Below are positions 37,827-46,975 of a stretch of DNA of 64,000 nucleotides, one piece after another. Both the position numbers and the translations under genes were made by a program. Positions within the stretch are counted from its first letter, which is position 1; each line of letters starts with the position of its first letter. The stretch covers positions 1,760,001-1,824,000 of the forward strand of contig OY970166.1 of NCBI GenBank assembly GCA_963706595.1. Direction: 5' to 3'. The stretch is from an uncultured cyanobacterium. GTDB taxonomy: Bacteria > Cyanobacteriota > Cyanobacteriia > Cyanobacteriales > Nostocaceae. Under the pieces are notes generated by a model, which saw only the letters and a list, made by a program, of their open reading frames with translations, was not told the origin of the DNA and made no database searches.

Positions 37827-40565
37827 TTAACTACTAATCGCGCCTCTGACTAAGATTACTGTGCAGTCTACACCAGAGGCGATCGCTTCAGGAATATTAC
37901 CTTGAACTGCTTGCTGTAACAATCCCTCACGAGAAGCCCCTAAAACTACAACATCATAACCTTCGGTTTTCACGAGGTTAATCACTCCTTCAGCCACCGA
38001 ATCAGCTTGCACAGGAATAGCAACTACATTGCTGGATAATTTACGGCGACGCATTAATATGCGGATGGCTTGTTCTAAAACTGTCATGTCTGGCTTTAAT
38101 TGAGATGGTTTAAACACCTGCGTCAACCGAATGTATGGGTTATTCCCCAATGTCACCAAGGCAGGTAATAATTTAATCGCTACTCTGGCATTAGGTCCGC
38201 CAGCCATTGTGACTAGCCAACGGTTGAATTGGGGAGTGGGTAGAGACGCGATTGAGGAGTCAGCAGGTTGTGGGAATTCCCCCCGTTGTAGCGACTGGCG
38301 TTGCATCTCTACAAGGGATTGGGGAAATTTAGTAGAAAATATTTTTTGGGCTTTTTGCCCCAGCTTGACTAACATCACGTCGCAGGTGGCTTGGCGAATG
38401 ATGGTATCGACAACATTGCCAAAAATCCGCCCAGGGGTAAAAGTTTCACCTTTCCAGCCCATTAAAATCAGGTTTATATGTCGTTCCTGGATGGTTTCTA
38501 ATATTGCCTCGGCTGGGTCGTGGGCGACTCTAATTTGGGTGTGTAAGGGGATTTTCCACTTTTTAGCCAAAACTTCGGCTTGGCGGAGTAAGCGGCGACT
38601 TTTCGCGGTTCTCACTGCTGTTTCTGATGGCGAACTCTGACGCGATACTAAGATTATTTGCACGCACTCGATTTCATAGTGGCGATCGCGCGCAATAGCG
38701 GCGGCCATTTGTAAGAGGATAGCGGCGGTTTCGGGATTCGCTACTGGTACTAATAATCGACCTCTACCAATATTAGGCGATCGCGTTTGATAAACTACAT
38801 AAGAAGGTTCCGGCTGTGATTTTGGGGTAACATTGCCATAATTCAAATGTTCGGCTTGGGCGCGGATGATGTCTGCACGGGTAATAATCCCCACTAATTT
38901 CCGCCCTTCAACCACTGGTAAGCGGCTGATTTGATAGCGATCTAGCAAATACAAAACATTACTGAGGTGATGCTGGGGTTTGACAGTGATGGGGGAGTGG
39001 ATCATAATCTCCCTTAAAGAAACATCCTTTGGTGACTGGCTATTGCCCAGGATGTACGAATCACTATCGCGTTTGGTGACAAAATCCGATTGTGTGATAA
39101 TTCCGATAAGCTTGCCGTTTTCTACCACCGGAAAGCCACGATGATGGGAACGGGAAAATACTTGCATTGCTTCTTCTAATGTCATATCTGCATCCAGAGT
39201 TTCGACTCGATGCTGCATGACATCGTGGGCTGTTAACTTTGTTAATATTCCTTCGGGGGAAACTGCTTTAGTAGTTGTGATGCCTTTTAGCTGTAATAAT
39301 TTGTCATATAACGACCCCGGCATTACCTTGTCAGAAACCAAGTATGCGGCTACAGAGACAATCATTAAAGGTAGTACAAGATTAAAATCTGTAGTCATTT
39401 CAAACACAATCACAATGGCTGTCATTGGTACTTTAGAAACAGCACTAAAAAAACCGCCCATACCAGCTAAAGCGTAAGTCGTGGGGGAATCCACTGCTAA
39501 GAAATAAGCGGCGGATACACCAATCAGGTGTCCTAAACAAGAACCCAAAATCAGACTCGGCGCAAATAACCCCCCAGGCGCACCGGAACCAAAAGCGATC
39601 ATGGTGAGAATAAATTGAGATAAAAAGGCGATCGCGGCAAAAGTTATGTTAGGTTCACTGATAATCATGTACTCCCGCAACCCTGCATAATCACGGAAAG
39701 ATTCCGGCAGCATGGCCACAACTAAACCCGAAACGCATCCAGCTAAAGCCATTTTTAGCGGCAAGCTGAGGTGGAAAGTTTGATAAATTTTGATACTGGT
39801 GATCACACCACGATTAAATAATGCCCCCAGAAGTCCTGCTAAAATTCCCAACAAGACAAAAAAGGGAATTTCTGGCAAGGTGAAGTTACTAGAGTATTGG
39901 ATCAAGTCCAGGTTGAGTTGCAAACTGCCACCACCCAACAGTCGGGAGACTACACCACCAATAAACGAAGCGATAATGGCGGTTCCTAAAGTCAGCCCTG
40001 ATAAATCCTGGAGTAATTCCTCGACGATAAACAAGACACCTGTGATCGGGGCATTGAAAGCAGCTGCTAAACCTGCACCCGCACCAGCCGCAATCATCTG
40101 CCGTCGATGATCTGGGGAAGTGGGAACCCAGCGACTCATTCCTGCTGCTAAACCCGCCCCAACATGAACGGTGGGGCCTTGTCGCCCTAAAGCCATCCCG
40201 GAACCGAGGGTGATAATGGCACTGATTAACTTGACAATTGCGACTCGCCAGGATAGTGTAATTGGCACATTAGCCAGGGTGGCTTTAACTTGTGGAATTC
40301 CGCTACCTGAAGCTTCTGGTGCAAATCTATGCACTAACCAACCAGCTATAAACCCAAAGCTCAGACCAATGGCAGGTAAGATTAACCAGGCTGGTAAAAT
40401 TTGGCTAGTTTGGACTCGCCATGTCCCTAACAATCCTGCGCCGACTTTCAGGAATACCGCAGAAAGGGCAGCTACAAGACCAATAATACAAGCTTCGGCG
40501 ATCGCTAAACCTCTTCTCGGTTGCAACCAAAGGCGAAAGCGCTGAGTTATATCAGAAAGCGCCAT
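37827..40565 (-). CDS. ClC chloride channel/transporter with CBS pair and USP domains
   Basis: GSGIP, GRQGP, FNAP, GGLFAP; CBS motifs; C-terminal USP-like domains. Confidence 0.94.
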   Translation of the reverse strand: MALSDITQRFRLWLQPRRGLAIAEACIIGLVAALSAVFLKVGAGLLGTWRVQTSQILPAWLILPAIGLSFGFIAGWLVHRFAPEASGSGIPQVKATLANVPITLSWRVAIVKLISAIITLGSGMALGRQGPTVHVGAGLAAGMSRWVPTSPDHRRQMIAAGAGAGLAAAFNAPITGVLFIVEELLQDLSGLTLGTAIIASFIGGVVSRLLGGGSLQLNLDLIQYSSNFTLPEIPFFVLLGILAGLLGALFNRGVITSIKIYQTFHLSLPLKMALAGCVSGLVVAMLPESFRDYAGLREYMIISEPNITFAAIAFLSQFILTMIAFGSGAPGGLFAPSLILGSCLGHLIGVSAAYFLAVDSPTTYALAGMGGFFSAVSKVPMTAIVIVFEMTTDFNLVLPLMIVSVAAYLVSDKVMPGSLYDKLLQLKGITTTKAVSPEGILTKLTAHDVMQHRVETLDADMTLEEAMQVFSRSHHRGFPVVENGKLIGIITQSDFVTKRDSDSYILGNSQSPKDVSLREIMIHSPITVKPQHHLSNVLYLLDRYQISRLPVVEGRKLVGIITRADIIRAQAEHLNYGNVTPKSQPEPSYVVYQTRSPNIGRGRLLVPVANPETAAILLQMAAAIARDRHYEIECVQIILVSRQSSPSETAVRTAKSRRLLRQAEVLAKKWKIPLHTQIRVAHDPAEAILETIQERHINLILMGWKGETFTPGRIFGNVVDTIIRQATCDVMLVKLGQKAQKIFSTKFPQSLVEMQRQSLQRGEFPQPADSSIASLPTPQFNRWLVTMAGGPNARVAIKLLPALVTLGNNPYIRLTQVFKPSQLKPDMTVLEQAIRILMRRRKLSSNVVAIPVQADSVAEGVINLVKTEGYDVVVLGASREGLLQQAVQGNIPEAIASGVDCTVILVRGAISS

Positions 40566-40601
40566 AATAATTAAAAGTTAATCATATAAAAACAGCTATG
40601 T

Positions 40602-40716
40602 TTGATGTGAAAAAAGTTTTGGAGTACATTAATGACCCACATTATGGATGAATAAATTTATCCTGTTCGCTTATATCCCCCGGCTAAAAGCACAGGGGCT
40701 TTACGCTTCACGACTC
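40602..40716 (-). mobile_element. IS200/IS605-family (IS891-like) left-end remnant
   Basis: Minus strand reads TTAC|GAGTCGTGAAGCGTAAAGCCCCTGTGCTTTTAGCCGGGGATATAAGCGAA (target tetramer plus hairpin); plus strand keeps a TnpA-like tail KVLEYINDPHYG-stop. Confidence 0.65.
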
Positions 40717-40795
40717 GTAATTATGCTGACAATCCTATTTTAAATTTTAACCAACTTTGCAGTATTACCAATCTCTCCATCGGGTGGGGAGGATG

Positions 40796-42109
40796 TTAAG
40801 AAATTCTACCAGTTATAGACAATCCTTCTACTATTAGTGATGGGGTATAACAAGACCCATTCCAATCAGCATCACTACCTAATGCTACTAATTGTTTGAG
40901 AACTGTGTAGACGTTACCTGCTAGCATTGTATCTTTAACACGCCCAATTATTTGGCCGTTTTTGACCCGATAACCCAAATCAATATTGATGGAAAAGTCG
41001 CCAGAAATACCATTGCCACCACCTAGCATTTGATCCACAATTAAGCCATCATCCATTTGATGTATTAATTCTTGTAGTGATGCGGAACCGGGTTGGATTA
41101 AGAAGTTAAATAAGCCAGGGCTAGGATAACTGCCAAAACTAGGGCGAAAACCATTACCGGTGGTGTTAATACCTAGTTGGTTTCCTGTGGTGCGATCGCA
41201 ATAAAAATTTTGTAAAATTCCGTCTTGGATAAAAACTAAACTAGTTGTGGGAGTACCTTCATCATCAAAAGGACAACTATAGGGTCCAGCTTGGGGGTCT
41301 TGGTAGAGGGTGAGGCTAGGTGACATCACTTGCTTACCCAGGCGTTCTACCCAAGGAGAAGCTACTTCCAGAACCCGCTTGCCATTTAACGCTGCTTGTG
41401 CAGTACCCCAAAGCATATCAGCAGCTTTGGAAGTAAACAAAACCGGAACGCGACCGGTGGGGGGTGGGACGTTTTCTTGAGACCAATCCAACCTTTGTAA
41501 AATTTGATGAGCTAATTTTTCAGGGTGGAGAATATCCCGTTGGGTTTGTCCATCCGCAACACTTAAAAAATCATCACCCCGTACCCATTCGGCGGCCATG
41601 TAGCAACTGAGAGTTGTATCAGTGTAGTAACAATCTAAACCTTGACTATTGAAAAGTCTAGTAGTTTCCACATCACATTCCCAGTCACTGTTGCAAAGCA
41701 CATCTGGATAGACATCACGAATCAGAGCGATCGCTTCTTTGCCCCAATTAACCAATAATTCTAATGGGACAGCTGACCCAATGTCTGGATAAGATGGCTG
41801 AGAATTCTTGACTAACTCCACTGCTTCTGGTTGATTCAGCTGACTTAAAGCCAAAGCTCGTTCCACCATTGTTTGCGCTTCCACAGAACCATAAGCTACC
41901 GTTAGTCCTGGTCGCCCATTGCGCCACAGTCGTAGGGCTGTGCCTTCAGATTGACTAGTTTCTAGCTGTTTGAGACGGTTAGCCTCAAAAAAGACGGGAC
42001 GAGAGAGCGATCGCGACTGATAGACCTCCGCAGCTTCTGCTCCCGATTTGATCGCTAGTTCCAGCAGATGTTCTGCTAAAGTATCTTGTGAAAAGTTTTC
42101 AGAACCCAT
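40796..42109 (-). CDS. pmbA: PmbA/TldE-family protein
   Basis: GAEAAEVY, PFDDEG, TTGNG, SGDFS; lacks HExxxH. Confidence 0.88.
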   Translation of the reverse strand: MGSENFSQDTLAEHLLELAIKSGAEAAEVYQSRSLSRPVFFEANRLKQLETSQSEGTALRLWRNGRPGLTVAYGSVEAQTMVERALALSQLNQPEAVELVKNSQPSYPDIGSAVPLELLVNWGKEAIALIRDVYPDVLCNSDWECDVETTRLFNSQGLDCYYTDTTLSCYMAAEWVRGDDFLSVADGQTQRDILHPEKLAHQILQRLDWSQENVPPPTGRVPVLFTSKAADMLWGTAQAALNGKRVLEVASPWVERLGKQVMSPSLTLYQDPQAGPYSCPFDDEGTPTTSLVFIQDGILQNFYCDRTTGNQLGINTTGNGFRPSFGSYPSPGLFNFLIQPGSASLQELIHQMDDGLIVDQMLGGGNGISGDFSINIDLGYRVKNGQIIGRVKDTMLAGNVYTVLKQLVALGSDADWNGSCYTPSLIVEGLSITGRIS

Positions 42110-42361
42110 GACCCTCGGTGAATTGTGGATTTTGGATTTTGAGCTGCATCAGGAGGAACGCAGATAATTATCCCAAATCATTGGTAACTATCTGCATATA
42201 TTGGCAAAAGCCATTTTAAAATGCAGATAGACGCAGACAATTATCCCAAATCATTGGTAACTATCCGCGTTTCATCCACCAAAAAAATTCTCCGAAAATC
42301 ATTCGTGTGTATTAGTTTGTATCAGTATTGGTCATTTGACTAACTGATCATTCCTCTCTAC

Positions 42362-43225
42362 TTACCCAAGATTTAAATTTTGTAACAGCCAAAATCCGGT
42401 AAAAGATTCGGCTTGGGGGTCAGATTGGACACCAATAAAATGGACTCCATTCGCTTTTTCTTTGGCTTGCTCATAACCTTTGGCTTCGGCTAAAGTTTGG
42501 GGATTTTTGATATTAGCCAAAATCCAACTTTCCGTAGCACCAGTTTCTAAAACCAATCTTTCCCCTTGTTTAGTATCAAAGTTCAAGCAAGCCAACTCCA
42601 AACCCGAAAGCCACCCGGCTATGGGTAAAGCTCTAGGTGAAAAAATTAACACCCCAGGAATGCGAGTTTCAGGAGACACATTAGCCAATTCCAGGGGAAA
42701 AGCTTCACCAAAGCCAATGTCCCAATCTGCCATTTGATCAAATTCAGCAGCTTGTAGGCTAACAAATGCCCACTGCTTGCCTTCGAGCGCATCTGGTAAG
42801 CGTTGAGGTAAAGGGCTGTCTAAGCGCACTGAAGGATTAGTTCCGCCTTGATATCCTGGTTCTTGAGGATAAACTTCCTCCATGCGCTGTTTCAGCCATT
42901 GATTGAGAACTAAAATTCGGCGGCTAGGTTGGGCGGGGATACCCACATCCTCGCAAGCTTTAGTAATCATATTGCTCATTTGACGGCGGAAAAAGCGGAT
43001 TCTGATTGGTGCTTCTCCTGCCTTTTCGATGGCTTCCTGTAACGCCCTCCGCAACCAACCCGAATTTACTTGAGTGCTGGGGCAATACTGTGCATAACGA
43101 AACAAAGATCCCGGTTTTGTGCTGATATCCGAAGGACTTTCGCAAACTAAAACTTCCCAAACTTTTTTCTGATTTTCGTCCAAAATTGGACGAGAGTAAA
43201 AATCGATTTCCCAAATACTACCCAT
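42362..43225 (-). CDS. Tab2/Atab2-family RNA-binding protein
   Basis: WEIDFYSRP...WEVLVC; ATG at 43225; the ORF-track extension is STRR-derived. Confidence 0.9.
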   Translation of the reverse strand: MGSIWEIDFYSRPILDENQKKVWEVLVCESPSDISTKPGSLFRYAQYCPSTQVNSGWLRRALQEAIEKAGEAPIRIRFFRRQMSNMITKACEDVGIPAQPSRRILVLNQWLKQRMEEVYPQEPGYQGGTNPSVRLDSPLPQRLPDALEGKQWAFVSLQAAEFDQMADWDIGFGEAFPLELANVSPETRIPGVLIFSPRALPIAGWLSGLELACLNFDTKQGERLVLETGATESWILANIKNPQTLAEAKGYEQAKEKANGVHFIGVQSDPQAESFTGFWLLQNLNLG

Positions 43226-43278
43226 GTTTTGCCGTGAGATTCTGGCGACTTGATATTTTCTTATATTTTCATCATAAG

Positions 43279-43430
43279 AGGGAATGGGGACTAGGGAGTG
43301 GGGAATGGGGAATGGGGAGTGGGGAGTTACTTCGACTTCGCTCAGTAACCGGGGGAGTGGGGAGTGGGGAATGGGGAATGGGGGAAGAAGCAGGGGAGCA
43401 GGGAGCAGGGGGGAAGAAGCAGGAGGAAAA
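43279..43430. repeat. STRR arrays (GGGGAGT/GGGGAAT, GGGAGCA) interrupted by a small hairpin element
   Basis: Tandem heptamers around TTACTTCGACTTCGCTCAGTAA. Similar arrays near 20224, 31463, 46040, 46905 and 55719. Confidence 0.85.
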
Positions 43431-43786
43431 TTGTGACTTCCCAATTTAATTTTGTTGGCGTAGCCTGCGCTTTGCGCTTAAAGACACGTAGTGGACTGAC
43501 AAGCTTAAAGTAGTGCATTAGAAGAAAGCAGAAAACATTGATTTATCAAAATTTTCTCAAAAATCTATTGCAACATTTTAGCCTTGTCACGCCAGTAGGG
43601 TGTGTTATCGAGGAGAGTACGGCACTATTGTGCCTTACTCCCCCTTGCTCCCTGCACCCCGCTCCCCTGCCTCTTAACTCCTGCACCCCTGCCTCTTTTG
43701 GTTGTGGTGATTTTTGCTCGTCTACGATTACCCACAACCCAGGGACGGTAGAATAGGTCTTATTTCTTAGCCTCAACAAAAAAACT

Positions 43787-44533
43787 ATGACAATGCATTC
43801 CACTCTCCAACGTGCTTTTGCTGACCGTAACGTTCTGAAAGTGATTAGCGGCTTGAACAACTTTGATCGCGATCGCGTAGCTGCTACGATCAAAGCTGCT
43901 GAACTGGGTGGTGCTACCTTTGTCGATATCGCCGCCGATGCTGCTTTAGTGCAGATGGCAAAAAACTTGATTAATTTACCAGTTTGTGTATCAGCAGTTG
44001 AACCAGAAAAGTTTGTGGAAGCTGTCAACGCTGGTGCAGATTTAATTGAAATCGGTAACTTTGATAGTTTTTACGCTCAAGGACGTAAATTTGAAGCTGA
44101 GGAAGTTTTAGCCCTAACTTACCAAACTCGCGCCCTCCTGCCAGAAATTACCTTATCTGTGACTGTTCCCCACATCCTGGAACTAGACCAACAAGTACAA
44201 CTAGCCGAGGAACTGGTAAAAGCTGGAGCAGATATTATTCAAACCGAAGGCGGTACAAGCAGCCAGCCAGTACATTCTGGTACTTTGGGATTAATTGAAA
44301 AAGCAGCTCCCACCTTAGCAGCTGCTTATGAAATTGCTCGTGTGGTTTCCGTACCTGTACTATGTGCTTCTGGTATTTCTAGCGTCACCGCACCTCTAGC
44401 GATCGCCTCTGGTGCAGCCGGCGTTGGTGTTGGTTCGGCGATTAATCAACTCAACAGCGAAATAGCCATGATTGCGGCTGTGCGTGGCTTAGTTGAAGCT
44501 TTGGCGATCGCTAACAGTAGAGCGATTGTTTAG
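43787..44533 (+). CDS. DUF561 / Ycf23-family protein
   Basis: LKVISGLNNFD, GGATFVDIAAD, EIGNFDSFY and IQTEGG. Confidence 0.88.
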   Translation: MTMHSTLQRAFADRNVLKVISGLNNFDRDRVAATIKAAELGGATFVDIAADAALVQMAKNLINLPVCVSAVEPEKFVEAVNAGADLIEIGNFDSFYAQGRKFEAEEVLALTYQTRALLPEITLSVTVPHILELDQQVQLAEELVKAGADIIQTEGGTSSQPVHSGTLGLIEKAAPTLAAAYEIARVVSVPVLCASGISSVTAPLAIASGAAGVGVGSAINQLNSEIAMIAAVRGLVEALAIANSRAIV

Positions 44534-44656
44534 TTGAGTTAGGGCGGGTTCAGTAAAATTGTCGTTCTTCTGGAATGATATCTGTAAACCCGCCCCTACA
44601 GGAGAATGGGTACTCTTAATTTTCCCCCTGCCCCCTGCACCCTGCCCCCCTGCCTC

Positions 44657-45805
44657 TTACCCCAAGCACTCTTTCAAAGCATAAATTACCTGATCTTGCT
44701 GTTCATGTGTCAGTTCTGGGAACATGGGTAAAGATAGAACTTCGTGACAAGCTAACTCGGCTACTGGTAATTGTCCTGGCTGATAACCTAAACTTTGATA
44801 AACGGGTTGCAAATGTAACGGGTGGGGATAGTACACCATTGAACTGACTCCCCGTTCTTGCAGTTGACTACGTACAGACTCTCGGTGAGTGGCTGTAGCA
44901 CCATTTCGTCCCTCCGTTAATACGCGAATGGTATATTGATTCCAGACACTCATCCCCCCGGCTAATTGTTGTGGTGCAACAATACCAGGAATTTGACACA
45001 GAAACTGCTGATAATAAGCGGCGATCGCTCTTCGTTGATTATTCCAAATATCCAGATAACGCAATTTAATTTGCAGAATAGCGGCTTGTAGACTATCTAA
45101 GCGACTATTTACACCAACTTCTTCGTAATAATAGCGATTTTTCTGCCCATGTTCCTTGAGTACCCGTAATTTCGCCGCAATTTCAGGATCATTCGTGGTA
45201 ATCGCTCCACCATCGCCACAACCGCCTAAATTCTTGGTAGGGTAGAAACTAAAGCAGCCAATATGTCCGATACTGCCGACTTTTTGATCATTCCAACTTG
45301 CACCTGTAGCTTGAGCGCAATCTTCAATCACTGCTAAATTATGCCTGTTAGCGATCGCCATCAGTGCTGTCATATCCACAGGTTGTCCAAATAAGTGAAC
45401 CGGGATAATCGCTTTGGTTTTAGGTGTAATAGCTGCGGCTACTTGCTGCAAATCAATGTTAAAAGTATCAGTGTCAATATCAACAAAAATTGGTTTTGCA
45501 CCCACAGCACTAATAACTTCGGCTGTGGCTACGAAGGTGAAAGGTGTGGTAATAACTTCATCACCTTGACCAATTTCTAACGCCCGTAAAGCTAAGTAGA
45601 GGGCATCAGTCCCGGAGTTACAGCCTATACAATAATTTACATCGTGATAGGTAGCAAACTGTTGCTCAAAGCTTTCCACTAAAGGGCCGCCAATATAACG
45701 CCCAGAAGCCAAAACTTCTAAAACGGCTGCACTCACTTCTGCTTCAATAGTGGCGTATTGTTGCTTAATATCAAAAGCAGGAATAGAATTTACACTTTGG
45801 ATCAT
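44657..45805 (-). CDS. DegT/DnrJ/EryC1/StrS aminotransferase
   Basis: NSGTDAL, EDCAQA and SFYPTKNLG..GDGG. Confidence 0.94.
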   Translation of the reverse strand: MIQSVNSIPAFDIKQQYATIEAEVSAAVLEVLASGRYIGGPLVESFEQQFATYHDVNYCIGCNSGTDALYLALRALEIGQGDEVITTPFTFVATAEVISAVGAKPIFVDIDTDTFNIDLQQVAAAITPKTKAIIPVHLFGQPVDMTALMAIANRHNLAVIEDCAQATGASWNDQKVGSIGHIGCFSFYPTKNLGGCGDGGAITTNDPEIAAKLRVLKEHGQKNRYYYEEVGVNSRLDSLQAAILQIKLRYLDIWNNQRRAIAAYYQQFLCQIPGIVAPQQLAGGMSVWNQYTIRVLTEGRNGATATHRESVRSQLQERGVSSMVYYPHPLHLQPVYQSLGYQPGQLPVAELACHEVLSLPMFPELTHEQQDQVIYALKECLG

Positions 45806-46122
45806 GAGTTTTCATTTTATTTGAAGATACAAAGGATGCATTGCGACTGCCAATTTTTGCTGTGAGAATTTTGATCAAAAAGCTTTACAAAGACTGTCGC
45901 CCCGAATATGCATCAAAATTGGGTTTTTACTGTAATTATTTTATGGTTAAGGATACCATTGGTTGGTAGAAAATGCGATGCATATCACCCAAGATCCTAT
46001 ACTGGGAATTAAAGTTCCAAGTTGTTTTATTCTGAAGACTGGGAATGGGGAGTGGGGAGTAGGGAGTGGGGAGTGGTCAGAAATATTTTCATATTTTTTT
46101 GTGAGCAGGAAATGGAGAATTG

Positions 46123-46899
46123 ATGCAGGATTTAATCAAGCTGGATTTTGTTGATTTAGCTATTGCTGTGGGATTGATGGCGATCGCCATTGGTTTATCT
46201 GCCTGGGAAAAATTAGGACTAGAATTAAACTTAGCGATCGCTACAGGCAGAACCATCTTACAACTACTCGTATTAGGATACGTTTTAGAGTTCATCTTTG
46301 CTTTAAACAATGTTTGGGGAGTGTTGGCGATTTTAGCAGTAATTTTGACAGTTACAGCCATTGTTGCCAAAAATCGTATCAGTCCGAAAATTCCCCAAGT
46401 TTTACCATTGGTATGGGGAGCAATTTTAATTAGCACTGCTGTGACAGTTATTTATACTAATTTTTTAATTATTCAACCGGAGAGATGGTACGAACCCCGT
46501 TATGTAATTCCTCTAGCCGGGATAGTATTGGGTAATGCGATGAATGCAGCTGCGATCGCAGGGGAACGTCTTGTCAGTACAATGAATAGTCAGTCTGTGG
46601 AAATAGAAACACACTTAAGTTTAGGTGCAACTCCTCAGCAAGCAGTCAGTCAGTACCGCAAAGAAGCCATTAGAGCCGCATTTCTCCCGACTCTCAATCA
46701 AATGACTCTTGTGGGTATGGTAGCTATCCCCGGAATTACCACAGGTCAGTTAATCGCCGGAATCAGACCAATCGATGCTATTTCCTACGAAATTGTGATT
46801 ATTTTCATGGTTGCGGCTTCCAACTTACTGACAACTATTCTAGTTACGAGAGGATTGTACCGTCAGTTCTTCAATTCCGCCGCCCAGTTGGTCAGGTAA
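46123..46899 (+). CDS. UPF0014 / FetB-like ABC permease
   Basis: RTILQL, YVIPLAGIVLGNAMN, LSLGAT and IPGITTGQ. Confidence 0.88.
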   Translation: MQDLIKLDFVDLAIAVGLMAIAIGLSAWEKLGLELNLAIATGRTILQLLVLGYVLEFIFALNNVWGVLAILAVILTVTAIVAKNRISPKIPQVLPLVWGAILISTAVTVIYTNFLIIQPERWYEPRYVIPLAGIVLGNAMNAAAIAGERLVSTMNSQSVEIETHLSLGATPQQAVSQYRKEAIRAAFLPTLNQMTLVGMVAIPGITTGQLIAGIRPIDAISYEIVIIFMVAASNLLTTILVTRGLYRQFFNSAAQLVR

Positions 46900-46975
46900 G
46901 GACTCCCCATTCCCCACTCCCCACTCCCCACTCCCCATGTTCTAAAATAGAAATTGACGTTCCCCAGCAGTTAAA

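Noticed and set aside
42158..42268. CRISPR array
   Set aside because: Only two repeats, no GTT...GAAAC/G-type ends, the spacer is partly repeat-derived and there are no cas genes; kept only as a duplication.
43226..43444. N-terminal extension of Tab2 and overlapping short ORFs
   Set aside because: Translation of STRR heptamers (PHSP/GEWG runs); the family-like sequence begins at MGSIW.
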